From Eledone cirrhosa (taxonomy: Eukaryota): 64,000 bases of DNA. Positions 43,157-57,848 of the stretch are shown in pieces. Under the pieces are notes generated by a model. The model did no database searches, was not told the DNA's origin, and saw nothing but the letters and a program-made list of their open reading frames with translations. Made by a program: the position numbers and the translations under genes. The stretch spans positions 216,504,001 through 216,568,000 of the forward strand of contig OZ024742.1 in assembly GCA_964016885.1 (NCBI GenBank), written 5' to 3'. The first letter of the stretch is position 1. Every line of letters starts with the position of its first letter.

Positions 43157-45530
43157 TAACATGTATACAGCCTGCCTGAACCTATTCATCCAACATCACC
43201 GTGAAAATAATAACATCATCACAGATGAACAGGCTGCTGGAAAGAAAGGGGTTTGCTGAAAAACTCCTAATCAACAAAACTGCGATGTCGGAGGTGCGAC
43301 AACTTAGGAGGAATATGGTTACAGTCTGGCTGGACTACAGGAAAGCTTTCGATTCTGTTCCCCACTCTTGGATGATAGAGGTTCTCCAACTTGCTAAAGT
43401 CCCAGACATTATTATCAGAGCCATAGAGAAGTTGTCTTCTTCCTAAGGTTAAAGACAAAGAAGGAGGACTCTATTTTCACTGATAAAATAAAATATCGCA
43501 GGGGTATATTTCAGGGAGACAGACTCTTTGTGATATTATTCATCCTGTCATTAAAACCCTTGTCCTTTCTGCTCAAGAAATGTGAAGGATACATCATTGG
43601 CTCACAGGAGGACAGAAATACGAACCTAAACCATAATTTCTTTGTGGGTGATCTGAAAATCTATGCCAAAAACATGGATGGGATGAAGAAAAATCTTGAC
43701 CTGGTTACAGCGTTCTCAAAGGATATAGGAATGAAGTTTGGCCAAGATAGATGCTCATATGTGACTGTTAAGCGGGGGAAAACAACAACCCAATCTAGCA
43801 ACATTGTCATTAACTGATTCACCGATATCTGATGAGGACTGTTACATATATCTGGGGATAGATGAGAACATATCCTATAATGGTATCTGTAATAAGGAAC
43901 GCGTAACCAGGGAATACTACACCCGATTAAGAAAGATTTGATCATCGGAACTCTCTGCGCAAAACAAAACAGTGGCTCACAATGTGTTTGCTGTGCCTGT
44001 CCTAACACCAACATTTGGAATACTCAATTGGACGATAGACGAAATCCGAGCAGTTGATGCTAGAACTCTAAAAATACTAAACAACACCGGAAACTTCCAC
44101 ATCAACAGTGACATAGACCGCCTTTACTTGAAACGTAAGCAGGAGGCAGAGGCCTAACATCAGTCTAGACAGCATTTGAATGTCGAATCATATCTCTCCG
44201 ACAACATCTACGAACCTCGAAGCGTAGGAGCCCGTCTCTCAAGCAAGTTTATCTGCATGAAACAGATAAGATCATTAGAGTTGAGAAGGAACTCCTCGAG
44301 TAATATTCCCTTTGTAATAATGAAAAACTCATACCCAGGGAAGTCACTCAGCAGTATCGCAGAAAATCCATGGATGAAAAACTGCATATTTATCAGCAAA
44401 AGATCATGCATGGATATGTTGCCAGGAAGCTCCAGAGTGAGAGTAATATAGATAAGGAAAATATTCTATCTTGGACCAACAACCGCTATATTGGCTCCCA
44501 CTTTGAATGATACGCTTTTGCAATCCATGAAAAGGAAATTAATACAAAATACCTGATTCACAAAAGAGATAGGGATGCAGGCAAAACACCTAGATGTGAT
44601 AACAAGTGCAGACTCTGCTGAATTAACATTGAAGATGTCACCCATGTCATCAGCAGCTGTCCAAAGATGTCATCGCGGTGCTATCTACCTATGAGGCATG
44701 ATGTAGTGGCCAAAAACACTGTACAATTCAATCCGTAGAAAATATAGCCCCGATAATAAACACATTAAATGCTACAGCAATGTGGAAAATATAATATGAA
44801 GGAGTACTAGTGGAATTTTCCAGTAAAAACCCCAATAAAATGCAGGTATAACAGACCAGACATTATGATATGGGACAGGGAAAAGAAAGCATGCATAGTA
44901 GTGGAAGTTAGCGGCCCAGCAGATGCCAATATAATATCAAAGATTAGCGAAAAGGAGAATATTTATGCAGAACTGATGAGAAATCTGCAGATACTCCATG
45001 CTGATTACACCTTCAGATTTATGCCTGTGATTATTGGAGCACTGGTATATGTTAGTAACTGCCTCAATACAAATCTTGAGAAGCTAGGCTTCACAGGAAC
45101 AGAAAGAACACAACTAGTTAGGAAATGACAAGTACAATCTAAGGAAAAATATGTAAAACATTCCAAACATTTCGCGACTAATAACTGCATATACACATGT
45201 ACAGATACAACGCACACACATACAACTCAAAACATCCACACATACAATAACATCCATATCTACACACGCATGCATGCAGACATGCATATATAGTCTACCT
45301 AGTTGATGCTGCGTAAATTCCAATGAGTCTTGTGTCTATGTTAGAACCCACTCTCTCTCTATTGGTAACAATTTGTGAAATTATACAACCAGAAGTATAT
45401 ACATACATGATTGACTGGAAGACGAAACCTCGAATTCACATTCTCGGGGATATTCAGTTTAGAAAAACATTTAGACTCGGCATTCGCAGTGATTTTGTTT
45501 TTTTTTCAATAAAAGTTTGTATCTTTTAAA
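43157..45530 (+). mobile_element. R4/Dong-like RLE non-LTR retrotransposon, 5'-truncated, decayed
   Basis: RT (EQAAGKKG, WLDYRKAFDSVPH, GIFQGD, HNFFVGDLK), CCHC finger (CRLC..EDVTHVISSCP..RHD), RLE (RPDIMIWD...VEVS); flanked by (TACA)n/(TA)n. Confidence 0.9.
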
Positions 45531-45566
45531 TATATATATATATATTTACATACATACATACATACT

Positions 45567-46393
45567 TGAGACGTAAAACACAGGCCATAGAAGGGATAAA
45601 CCACTCAAAAACCCTGGCAAGGAGTTCGGACAAGTTTATGACATCACACCTTGAGGGATATCTCTATGCAATACAGGAATAAGAACTCCCTACCAAATAT
45701 CTGCTGCACAAAAGGGGAGGGCCATCAGCTGACAATAAATGTAGGCTATGTAAAACAAAAATCGAGGATATAAGCCACATTGTTGCCAGCTGCGAAAGAA
45801 TGTCATCTCGCTACTACCTCCCCATGAGACACGATGGGATAAATAGAACCATCTGGAACGCACTTCGGAAAACAAAATTAACAACAAACGAGGAAGAATA
45901 TATTGAGACAGGTGGCACTAAGGAATACTGGTGGATTCTGAAAATAAAAACTACCACCAAATTAAAGCACAACCGGCCTGATATTGTTGTTTTGGACCAC
46001 CCATTGAAAACGTGTTCTGTTGTGAAGATCAGCTGCCCACTTGTGTAAACATTATCAGAAAAATACAGGAGAAGGAGGACATCTACGGACCAGTGATGGG
46101 GAGTTTACAAATCCAGTATCCAAGATACACCTTTAGCTTCATACCCATCATTATTGGAGCTACGGGTTATATACCAACCCGCTTGGACCAAAGTATGACT
46201 GAAATTGGCTTTGCGGACAAAGAGCGCAGCTCCCTAATTCGTAGTCTACGAATGGCTGTGATAGCTGGCACCTTCAAAATTTGCAAAACATTCTTGCGAT
46301 TCAAGGGATGACAATTTCTTTTCTTTTACAACCTTGCCACCAGGAAGGTGGCCGGTCAAAAAAATATACTCGAAATTAAGAGAAAGAGATAAC
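45567..46393 (+). mobile_element. Second R4/Dong-like element, 3' fragment
   Basis: AIQE.EL.TKY, HIVASC..MSSRYYLPMRHD, KHNRPDIVV, KICKTFL*; short 3'UTR then (CATA)n. Confidence 0.85.
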
Positions 46394-46869
46394 ATACATA
46401 CTCTCATACATACATACATACATACATACATACATACATACATACATACATACATACATACATACATACATACACATATGCATACATGCTTACACATATG
46501 CAACATACATAGCTAAGGAATAATACAAAAACAGATAAAGATCTGATATCCATAATTTCTTTCTCTTTTAAGAGACAATTAACATGCAGACATGTGGAAA
46601 CGACAGCAAAGGATGATTCGTATTCCATAGATAATTTGCGAGTCTTTTGCCTGACGGCATGTGTGAATATAAACACAAAGCAATGGTATTATCTCCCCAG
46701 TAGTGTGCGGTCAGCTTTGTGTGACATACGGTACAGGTAGTACACGGTTGACTTGTTAACTATCCTGTTATTCTTCTAAAATATAAGCAAGTAATGACAA
46801 AGAAAATGTAATTTGATGGTTTCATTCAAATTTCAATACGAATGAAATATATACATGTGCACGCAAGCA

Positions 46870-46934
<65 letters not shown>

Positions 46935-46937
<3 letters not shown>

Positions 46938-47190
46938 TGGCTGCCAACTCGTTTTCGAGTACGGCCACTACTTTATATCCATGTAGGAGAACCCCTACCG
47001 GTGCGCTGAACGAGTGTGACTTTTTAGTCCAGCCAGCGACTTGAAAACTCTGGTACAAACACTACACTTGTGACAATTATTGACACATAGTGCTGGGCCT
47101 ATGGTACCATGTGACGACAAGTGCAGAGAGATCTCCAGATATAAAGCAATGCCTGTGCCGTGAAGTTTTTATAGTGAGCAAAGGCACTGC

Positions 47191-47194
<4 letters not shown>
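46935..47194 (-). mobile_element. Truncated copy of the (TGTA)-tailed RTE-related element
   Basis: Matches 42491-42750; here flanked by (TA)n. Confidence 0.85.
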
Positions 47195-47245
<51 letters not shown>

Positions 47246-47247
<2 letters not shown>

Positions 47248-47533
47248 CGAAGGAAATGTGGTAAGGAACCAGGTGGACCATAACGCACCAAAGTACTCAA
47301 TACTTAGGGTAGTAGAGTGGGTAATAGGAACGAGTAGGACCCCGACGGCTGAGCTCAAGCCGTTTCGACGGCTAATTCTGGATTAGAAATCTTTTTAGTC
47401 CAGAATTAGCCGTCGAAACGGCTTGAGCTCAGCCGTCGGGGTCCTACTCGTTCCTATTACCCACTCTACTACCCTAAGTATTGAGTACTTTGGTGCGTTA
47501 TGGTCCACCTGGTTCCTTACCACATTTCCTTCG

Positions 47534-47535
<2 letters not shown>
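47246..47535. mobile_element. Symmetric ~290-bp foldback mini-element
   Basis: Arms of ~136 bp are perfectly inverted and the apex has G-U type pairing. Contains GAAA-CGGCU-ugagcuc-AGCCG-UC-GGGGUCCU (HHR 3' half) and GTATTGAGTAC; (TA)n on both sides. Confidence 0.9.
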
Positions 47536-47580
<45 letters not shown>

Positions 47581-47587
<7 letters not shown>

Positions 47588-48335
47588 ATACTTGGGGAGG
47601 GTCATATTGTTATAATATTACCAGAAATAATAGTAAAACTCACTGCTTTGGATTGGTTTTCGCTTCTGTTTATTTTTTACCTCCATAGTTTATTCAGAGG
47701 GCAATCAATGTTTATCATTGATTGACCAGATAAAAATATAGATATAAATATATATAGTCTATCAAAGTTCTTTCGTCACATACCTGTGACATCATCAGTG
47801 GTACTTTTGTTTCCTCCCGTTGTATTGTAATGTCTATTCCATTTCTATTTTTATTTATTTATTCATGTCTCTCTTTGCGCACGCGTTTGTGTGTGTGTTC
47901 TGTTTGGTGTGTGTTCATGTCTGAGTCTCTGTGTGTTTGTATACGAACTTTGTTCACTAGTGTGTATTTATATGTGGTTATTATTTTACCTGTGTATATT
48001 TATTCATATTTATCTTAGGTCACTATTGTGTGTTTGTGTGTGGTTGTTGTTGTTGTTGTTATTCCATTCATTTTTTTCTTTTCAATTTTGGTTTTCTTAG
48101 TTCTACTTCAGTTGCTTCTCTGATTTGCCAACTGTTGAGTCATTTCTATGTTTAGATATTATTTTAATTTCTATGTTGTCTATATTACCATCATGTCTTT
48201 GTCTGGTGTGTTCATATAGAAGCGTTTTTTTTTTGCCTTTTTATTGCACTTGAGTGTTGGTCTAGTCTCTCCCTCATGCTCCGAGCTATCTCACCTCTGT
48301 ATATCGTTGTCATGTTTCTGCAAGTACCCTCTGTT
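47581..48335 (-). mobile_element. Penelope-like element 3' fragment (GIY-YIG + pLTR)
   Basis: Homologous to 29637-30440 (attgttatacttggggagggtcat terminus; catgtttctgcaagtaccctctgt). Confidence 0.88.
47762..47801 (-). ncRNA. Minimal hammerhead ribozyme in PLE pLTR
   Basis: cCA-CUGAUGA-u-GUCACA-ggua-UGUGAC-GAAA-gaac-UU-UGa. Confidence 0.78.
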
Positions 48336-48516
48336 AGGAGTCAACACTGCCAAAGTTCATCGCAAGGGCCGATGATCCTGGAGTTCTGTATCTCTCGTTT
48401 GTATTTTTTTTTTTTTATTATTTTTTAAGGATTCAACTTAAAATAAATTATTTATTGTTTTGCTTTGTTCTCGTTCGTTGTCTTGTTCTCTCTGTTGATT
48501 TCCCTAAGCTTATATA

Positions 48517-48828
<312 letters not shown>

Positions 48829-48892
48829 TATATATATATATTATTCAGGCCAAATAGGAAGTCTTACTATTTTGGAGTTTTGCCTGTTTAAC

Positions 48893-49310
48893 ACGGGGTC
48901 ATCAAACAAGAACTAACGTTTCAATGGCAGACACGGTATAAATAAGGAAGACTTGAGGTGGGCGGTTGGGATTTAATTGAGAAGGGGTAATGAAGATAGA
49001 ATGGGCATGGTGGTGGTGGTGGTGGCAGGGGGGAGTAGGGTTGAATGAAAGAATAAAGGGTGATAGTGCGCAGATCCATAGAATTTTAACTGTTCAACGA
49101 GTATAGTCATAGAATAGTTTAAATCTACGGCTATGTCCACTACCACCCTTAATTGCCTTCTTCTTTCACACAGCCCTATCCCCCCACTTCCAACACCACC
49201 CTGCCCATCCTATATTAAAAACCCCATCTCAATTAAACCCTCACCCCACCCCAAGTCTTCCTTATTTATACTGTGTCGCCCATGTGATAAAAAGGCGAAA
49301 CCCCAGTATA
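48893..49310. mobile_element. MITE/foldback with long imperfect TIRs
   Basis: gacacggtataaataaggaagacttg.ggtggg (48930-) versus cccaccccaagtcttccttatttatactgtgtc (-49277); pairing extends inward. Confidence 0.7.
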
Positions 49311-49410
49311 ATAACTGTTTCTACGTTAGGCATAAGACCAGCAAATTATCCAGTGTATTACTGGTACTTTATTTTATCGACTCCGTAAGGATGAAAGGCA
49401 AAGTTAACCC
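49311..49410 (-). mobile_element. SINE 3' fragment
   Basis: Reverse complement of the main SINE body and tail. Confidence 0.8.
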
Positions 49411-49548
49411 CAGTATAATAACAATCACTATTAAACCTTAGTAAAATGAATATTAAAAACTCTACTTCGGTATGGAGTACTTCTTTCTCTCAGCCATCAA
49501 CCACATGCGGATATATATATATTTATGTTCATATATATATGCATAGAT

Positions 49549-49632
<84 letters not shown>

Positions 49633-49767
49633 ATATATGTGTATGCACTTGTGTGCCTTTATATGATAACGTGCATATTTCTATCGGTGAATGTATGCTT
49701 AAATTTGTTCACATTTTCTTAATACAACATTTTGACAAATGATTGAATATATACTCGCATCTATATA

Positions 49768-49848
<81 letters not shown>

Positions 49849-50260
49849 AGTGACTATACGTTAAAATAGGTTAAAGGCGGAGAGTTGACAAAATAAGGTT
49901 TTAGGTGGAATAGAAAAAACATTGAAATATATAAAATATTTTGAAAAGGAGAGAAATACGAAAGCAAATGGATAAAACAGGAAGTTATATAGAAAGAATA
50001 GAACGAAAAAGTTTTTGGAATATAGAAAGAAAACGACAGGGAAACCAAGCAAAAGAAGGTGATATACATAGGAGGCGGATTAAGAGAGAAAGCAGGAATT
50101 TCAAAAAGAATTTAAGAATAAATTACAGAAAGAAAGAATGACTAAATGAATTAAATGGGTACTTGCATGTTTTTACTCACACATAGGTACCCTTCATGTA
50201 ACAGTATATTTATACGCATAAACTCATTTGTACACACACTCAATTACACACAAACACACA

Positions 50261-50307
<47 letters not shown>

Positions 50308-50452
50308 GGTGGGGGTAGCGAGAGAGGGGTAGACTGCACCAATTTTTATATAGATATTCACATATCTATTATATATTTATATACACATTGGTGTAATCAC
50401 GGTTACCCTCTCTGTATTTGTAGATATATGCATGCATACATACGTACATACA

Positions 50453-51577
50453 TGGTGGCTGCCAACTCGTTTTCGAGTACGGCCACTACTTTATATCCAT
50501 GTAGGAGAACCCCTGCCGATGCGCTGAACGAGTGTGACTTAGTCCAGCCAGCGACTTAAGAACTCTGGTACAAACACTACACTTGTGACAACTATTGACA
50601 CATAGTGCTGGGCCCATGGTACCATGTGACGACAAGTGCAGAGAGATCTCCAGATATAAAGCAATGTCTGTGCCGTGAAGCTTTTATAGTGAGCAAAGGC
50701 ACTGTACATACATACATACATACATACATACATACATACATACATACATACATACATACATACATACATACATACATACATACATGGTGGCTGCCAACTC
50801 GTTTTCGAGTACGGCCACCACCTTATATCCATGTAGGAGAACCGCTACCGATGCGCTGAACGAGTGTGACTTAGTCCAGCCAGCGACTTAAGAACTCTGG
50901 TACAAACACTACACTTGTGACAACTATTGACACATAGTGCTGGGCCCATGGTACCATGTGACGACAAGTGCAGAGAGATCTCCAGATATAAAGCAATGTC
51001 TGTGCCGTGAAGCTTTTATAGTGAGCAAAGGCACTGTACATACATACATACATACATACATACATACATACATACATACATACATACATACATACATACA
51101 TACATGGTGGCTGCCAACTCGTTTTCGAGTACGGCCACCACCTTATATCCATGTAGGAGAACCGCTACCGATGCGCTGAACGAGTGTGACTTAGTCCAGC
51201 CAGTGACTTGAAAACTCTGGTACAAACACTACACTTGTGACAATTATTGACACATAGTGCTGGGCCCATGGTACCATGTGACGACAAGTGCAGAGAGATC
51301 TCCAGATATAAAGTAATGCCTGTGCCGTGAAGCTTTTATAGTGAGCAATGGCACTGCACAAAGCCAGTCCCACTCTCTTAACCAAGATGATATTTACCAA
51401 AAAGAAGAATAAGTCAACATCATTGGATACCATCAGGGTTGCAGGTATTATATCAGAGTTTTCTTCTCCTAGACTTCTGCCTTGACAGAGGCAAAGGGTC
51501 ATCTCTCCAAGTACATATACATATACATACATATATACCTATATATATATACATACATATTATATATATATACATAT

Positions 51578-51608
<31 letters not shown>

Positions 51609-52888
51609 CATCGTGGCTGCCAACTCGTTTTCGAGTACAGCCAATACTTTATATCCATGTAGCAGAACTCCTACCGATGCGCTGAACTAGTGTGACTTTT
51701 TAGTCCAGCCAGCAACTTGAAAACTCTGGTACAAACACTATACTTGTGACAATTATTGACACATAATGCTAGCCCATGGTATCACGTGATGCCAAGTGCA
51801 GAGAGATCTCCAGATATAAAGCAATGCTTGTGCCGTGAAGCTTTTATAGTGAGCAAAGGCACTGCACAAAGCCAGTCCCACTCTCTTAACCAAGATGATA
51901 TTTACCAAAAAGAAGAACAAGTCAACATCATTGGATACTATCAGGGTGGCAGGTGTTATATCAGAGTTTTCCTTCTCCTAGAATTCTGCCTTGACAAAGG
52001 CTAAGGGGTCATCCCTCCCGGTGATTTTGGATGGCCATTGACTCCTAAGAGGTCCTTTGCCTTTTGACAGGTTTTGTTTTTAGTCTTGCAGGATATCCAA
52101 AGTCACCCTCCTCACCAAGAAACCTTGGTGGGGTTGCCAGTTTAGTCGCCAACGACCCGACCATGAGACAGGTTGTACTGGGATACATGTTACCAGTAGC
52201 ACCAACTGATGACCTGACATACATACATACATACATACATACATACATACATACATACATACATACATACATGACATGATGGCTACCCCATCGTGTGGCC
52301 ATTTCACAATATACCATTATTAATAATTATTAATTAAGTCTATCGTGCAATGCCTGTGCGTGAAGATATTTTTTTAAATGAGGAAATACTGTGCACTGAG
52401 CCAATCCCACTATCTGAGCGACAGTAGCTATAACCCGAAAAGAAGAAAAGATCAACATCATCGGTTACTACTGTGCCACAGGTTTTATATCGGAGTTATC
52501 CCAGTTTCCTGAGTTGCTTTTCCTAGAAAAATGCCCTGACAAAGGCTAGGGGTCCTTCACTCCCATTGGTTTAACTGTGCGATCAGGTGTCCAGCCCGAT
52601 TTTTTCTCTGTCCCCGCGCATATCCATACACATGAACCCATGTATATATACATATATATATATACATACATATGTACTTGTATATTTACACACTTGTGGA
52701 TGGCCGTTGACTCTTATGAATTCTTCCACCCTTTGTCAGGTTTTGTTTTTTGTCCTGCAGGGTGTCCAAAATCACCCTCCTCACCAAGTAAACTTGGTGG
52801 GGTTGCCGGTTTAGTCGCCGACGACCCGACCATGCGACAAGTTGTACTGGGTTACATGTTACCAGTAGCAATCAAGAGTGACCCGACA
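50453..52888 (-). mobile_element. Tandem array of (TGTA)-tailed RTE-related elements
   Basis: Copies at 50453-50704, 50785-51036, 51105-51510, 51611-52218 (longest) and a diverged relative at ~52335-52888, separated by (TACA)n/(TA)n. Confidence 0.85.
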
Positions 52889-54033
52889 TAAATACATACA
52901 TACATATATATACGTCATTGGAAAAAATGTGCGACCCAACGAAAATGACCAGTATAATAGTTCATTCCCATAAATAATACTTGAGAAAATCAGGTAAAGT
53001 GAAATTGAAGACTGAAAAAGTGAACAGTGATGCTAGCTGAGTAACGAACCCCGCTTCTCAGGGATGCAGGACGATTGTGTTAATTATTACTCTGAAGAAG
53101 CGTTGGCCATCAAGTCGGTTTTTTTATAAGATTTATGGCTACAGCTTGATCTAAACCAAAAGCGTTAGGAGAACATGAATTTTGGAATGTGTACGTCCCA
53201 AAGCAAGTAGCCATTAAGCTGGTAGATAAATTAAGAAAAAGTAGTTCAGAGGAAGAGTTAACAACTCTTGACGGAAAGAGTGGACAAAGATGCTCACCAG
53301 GAATCAAAACACGCATTTCTTATGGTTATATTTGTTTTGGGCCGCACATATTTTAAATTTTAACTTTTCCTAAGCTTCCCGTGTCTACCGTTTCTTTGAC
53401 CTTCTGTCTAGTCTTAAAATCTTCTAGTGGTCAACGTTTGTTTAGCGTAATAAGTTTAGCACTCGCATGTCATCTGAGAGATGTATGCCTTTACTAGTTC
53501 CATAACATTGTTTATAAATGTAACATAAAGAAGTAAGCTACTCGACAGATGCAAATTTTTCTCCTATTAAATTTTCATTTCGACACATAATCATCGAAGT
53601 ACATTGCTGTATTATTGAATCTCTAAACAGTTACGAAAATAAAACTCTCTAAGGTTTTCAGAGAAAAGAAGATAACAACTACTATGTACTCCGCGAATAC
53701 AATATGTAAACGGAACACTAAACATAGATTTCATATATAAATTCAAATGATGGATCTTTGAATTTTAGTTCCTTTTTATGAGAAAATTGTAAAGAATTCT
53801 TCTTACTTCCATCTTTATGGGAAGGATTCAAATCATTAACAAAACACAATATATATATATAGGGCTCCATATAGTAAGTCTAACTTCTAATGTTTCTGGG
53901 CTGGAGAATGGCACTTTTCCACGTGTATAAACATGAAGTATTATATCATGTGTGAGCAAATTTACATGTTTTATTACGCTTAAACGCATAGAAAACAAAC
54001 AAAAAATGCATTGCAAGTAAATGAATGAATGAA

Positions 54034-54064
<31 letters not shown>

Positions 54065-54210
54065 ATATTGAGCGGTAACTTCTAGCTGTATCGACAAAGC
54101 AATCTGGTTTCGAGTCATAGTTGAAACTTTATAATTTCATTTATTTTACGTGCTTTTTGCGAAAAGTAATTAATCTTTATCAATCGCACTTTACTTTAAA
54201 ATAAATTCAA

Positions 54211-54320
54211 ATGAGTTCAAATCCCATAAGGTTAGCTTTGCCTTTCATCCTTACGTGGTCGATAAAATGAAGTACCAGTAACTTCCTTCGATTTGCTGAC
54301 CTTGTGCCAAATGTAGAAAC
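54211..54320 (+). mobile_element. SINE fragment (main family)
   Basis: GAGTTCAAATCCC...gataaaatgaagtaccag...ccttgtgccaaa. Confidence 0.8.
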
Positions 54321-56095
54321 TTAACTTTAAAATAAAGATAATTATACCTCATAAAATTGAAAACCAACATATAAAAAAATCGGGTTTCAAAAATCCTCGG
54401 GTTCTGAAACCTCTCTACACAATAAGTATGGCTTTGAATTTGAATATGTTTCTATCTATTGCTACGTTCTTTGTTGTTTTTCATGTTACCATTATTGGTG
54501 TGTTTAGTACCTGTTGCCACTAATTTTGCTGATGTACTTCCTGTTTTTTTTTTACTATATTCGAACTCCTTCATTACACCTTGGAGTTGTTATTGATGAT
54601 GTTGTTATTGTTGCTTGTTTCTTGTGTGGGTTTTTTTTTGGGGGGGGGGGGGTATTTAGCCCAGATCGGCAATAAACAATCAGGTGTATTATCAAGAGCA
54701 ATCCATGGCCTTGTGCCTAAAATAGAAACAATTATCAAGAGCAATCCTGACCTTATCATTCGCATATTTGTATATCTAGAGACTACAATTTTTTATGAGG
54801 GCTTCATATTTAAATTTAGTAAAGTGTGATTTGAGGTGGCTTTTGCTATGATTTCAAGAGGATCGACAGCTTACATGAAAACTCATATGCTGGTTTATAT
54901 TGTTATAGCTTAGACACATAAAGCCTGATTGAAAAGAAATATGAGTAAAAACCTTGTCAATCAAAGATGTAATCTAAGGTAGATTTGTATCAGTGTAGAT
55001 ATTCTTTAACTAGATTTTGTTGTCTTGCGTTGATATTTTTCTCGCTGTTGTTATTGTTTTATGTTTAGATGGATGACAGAATTGGTCAAGTGTATTGCAC
55101 TCTTTAGTTGTACACGCTTTTGTTCTCAGTTCAAGTCATGCCGTGTTTTAGTGTCTTTCACCAATCCTAGGTCAATAAAACAAAGTAACACTTGTTGCAG
55201 TTGTTGTTGCCGCTGTTATTTAATCCTTTATGAGCCCTAATCAAGCAACTCTAATATTTAAGGTGCTCTAGCAGTAGTACTCCCGATTTTCAATATCAGA
55301 TGTTACATTCTCTAATGTATTCTTTTTGTTTTACGATTGTAGGTTTGGGTTTGAGAAATAGTTAGTTACTATTTCTAGCAGGTTGACGTTCGTTAGTTTT
55401 GTTTTAATTTGTTTTTGTTTGTTTTGTTGTTGTTCTTTATTATTCTTAGTCAGATGTGGAGGGCCTATGTCCACGGTTTTTTTTAGAATCCACGAAATTT
55501 CTGAGAATAAAAGCGGAAGTTAACCTCAGATTTTACATCTGGCTTGAACGCCTGCAGCATTGTGTTAAACTTTGGAAGTGCTAGTCAAGGACTGAACTAG
55601 ATTCAGTCGATCATAATCTCTTCCACTCAACCTCGCACCATTCTGACCTTGTCTGCTGTTTAAAATGATTATCTTTTATTTTATATTGCAGCTGTTATTA
55701 GTGCTTAAACTTGTGTTTCTCTTCCTGTTGTTAATGATGTTGTTGTTGATGGTGTTGTCGATCTTTTGCTTGATTTATTCACAATTCCGGTTAGGCATCA
55801 TACTTGAATAGGCAAAAAAGATTTCTAACGGTGGAATGAAGAAAATTGAGGAGTAGAAACAGGAGTTAGGAGAAAGAGAACAAGCTACAAGGAGACACGA
55901 ATGGAAAGAGGATGAATGCGTATATGATAAACGAATAAATTTGTTAATATATCAATTAATGTATGAGTTGTCTGTTGTTTGATTGACTTCTTACACAGAC
56001 ATGTGGATACAAACAAGGAAACAAACAGAAATGGATAGTTGCAAATATATATATATATATATGTATATATTTGTGTGTGTGTGTGTGTGTGTGTG

Positions 56096-56128
<33 letters not shown>

Positions 56129-56130
56129 CG

Positions 56131-56164
<34 letters not shown>

Positions 56165-56186
56165 CATATATATATTTATATTTATG

Positions 56187-56235
<49 letters not shown>

Positions 56236-56245
56236 ATATATATTT

Positions 56246-57006
<761 letters not shown>

Positions 57007-57259
57007 CATACATATATATATGTGTGTGTGTGTATGTGTATGACTAGTGTAAATACACAACAGATATGTTTTCAAACATATATGAAAAACACAACTAGGT
57101 TTTACTTGTGATGTTTCTAATATGTCATATAGATTGTTATTCTGTTTTATCAGTTTTTTATGATTTATTAAGCTATTCTGCAATTATTTGTTTTTGTAGC
57201 AATCTGAAGCTCATTTGTATTTTACTGTGCGTGTCAAGACAGTTTGCATATATAAGCTC

Positions 57260-57347
57260 GCATATCTAATGAGATATCGAAAAGGTGTCAGGCCCGCCAC
57301 CTTGATTGTGTCCTGAGCTGATCGATATCGAAACAATTGTAATATGC
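57260..57347 (+). ncRNA. Type I hammerhead ribozyme, G5A variant
   Basis: GCAUAU-CUAAUGA-GAUAUCGA...UCGAUAUC-GAA-ACAAUUGU-A-AUAUGC, followed by AATAAA; the insert runs to (CA)n/(TA)n at ~57520. Confidence 0.78.
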
Positions 57348-57519
57348 AAATAAAGTTTGTACATATGCTGCAACATTGACTTCGACTCTTTTAAATTCAT
57401 TTACATTCAGCGCACTACAGCCGTAACACTGGAATACAACCCACATGAAACGAGTCTCGGCACAGCATCGAGTGCTTCGGACGGCACGCCGCCTGTGATT
57501 TCTGTTACACCTTTAACTA

Positions 57520-57596
<77 letters not shown>

Positions 57597-57775
57597 CATA
57601 TATAAATTTATATGGCGGGGTGGAGCCAGGCAGTCTATATCTGTCTCTTTATCACAATATTCATAAGTCAAATATTGTATATGTAAGATAGGGTATTCAT
57701 GGTTAGTGTGTGTATATATATATATAGAGAGAGAGAGAGTGGGGGGGAGAGTGAAAGAGAGACATATATTTATGC

Positions 57776-57776
57776 A

Positions 57777-57847
<71 letters not shown>
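57776..57847. repeat. (GATA)n microsatellite
   Basis: Direct reading. Confidence 0.95.

Positions 57848-57848
<1 letters not shown>

Noticed and set aside
50453-51510. CRISPR-like repeat/spacer appearance
   Set aside because: Units are ~250-bp retroelement copies separated by (TACA)n, in eukaryotic context, with no cas genes and no unique spacers.
52120-52218. HDV-like ribozyme at the 5' end of the TGTA-tailed element
   Set aside because: A complete nested double pseudoknot (P1.1 and J4/2) could not be assembled by eye.
53030-53102. tRNA-like sequence on the minus strand
   Set aside because: Only a B-box-like gggttcgttactc; no convincing cloverleaf; probably a decayed SINE head.
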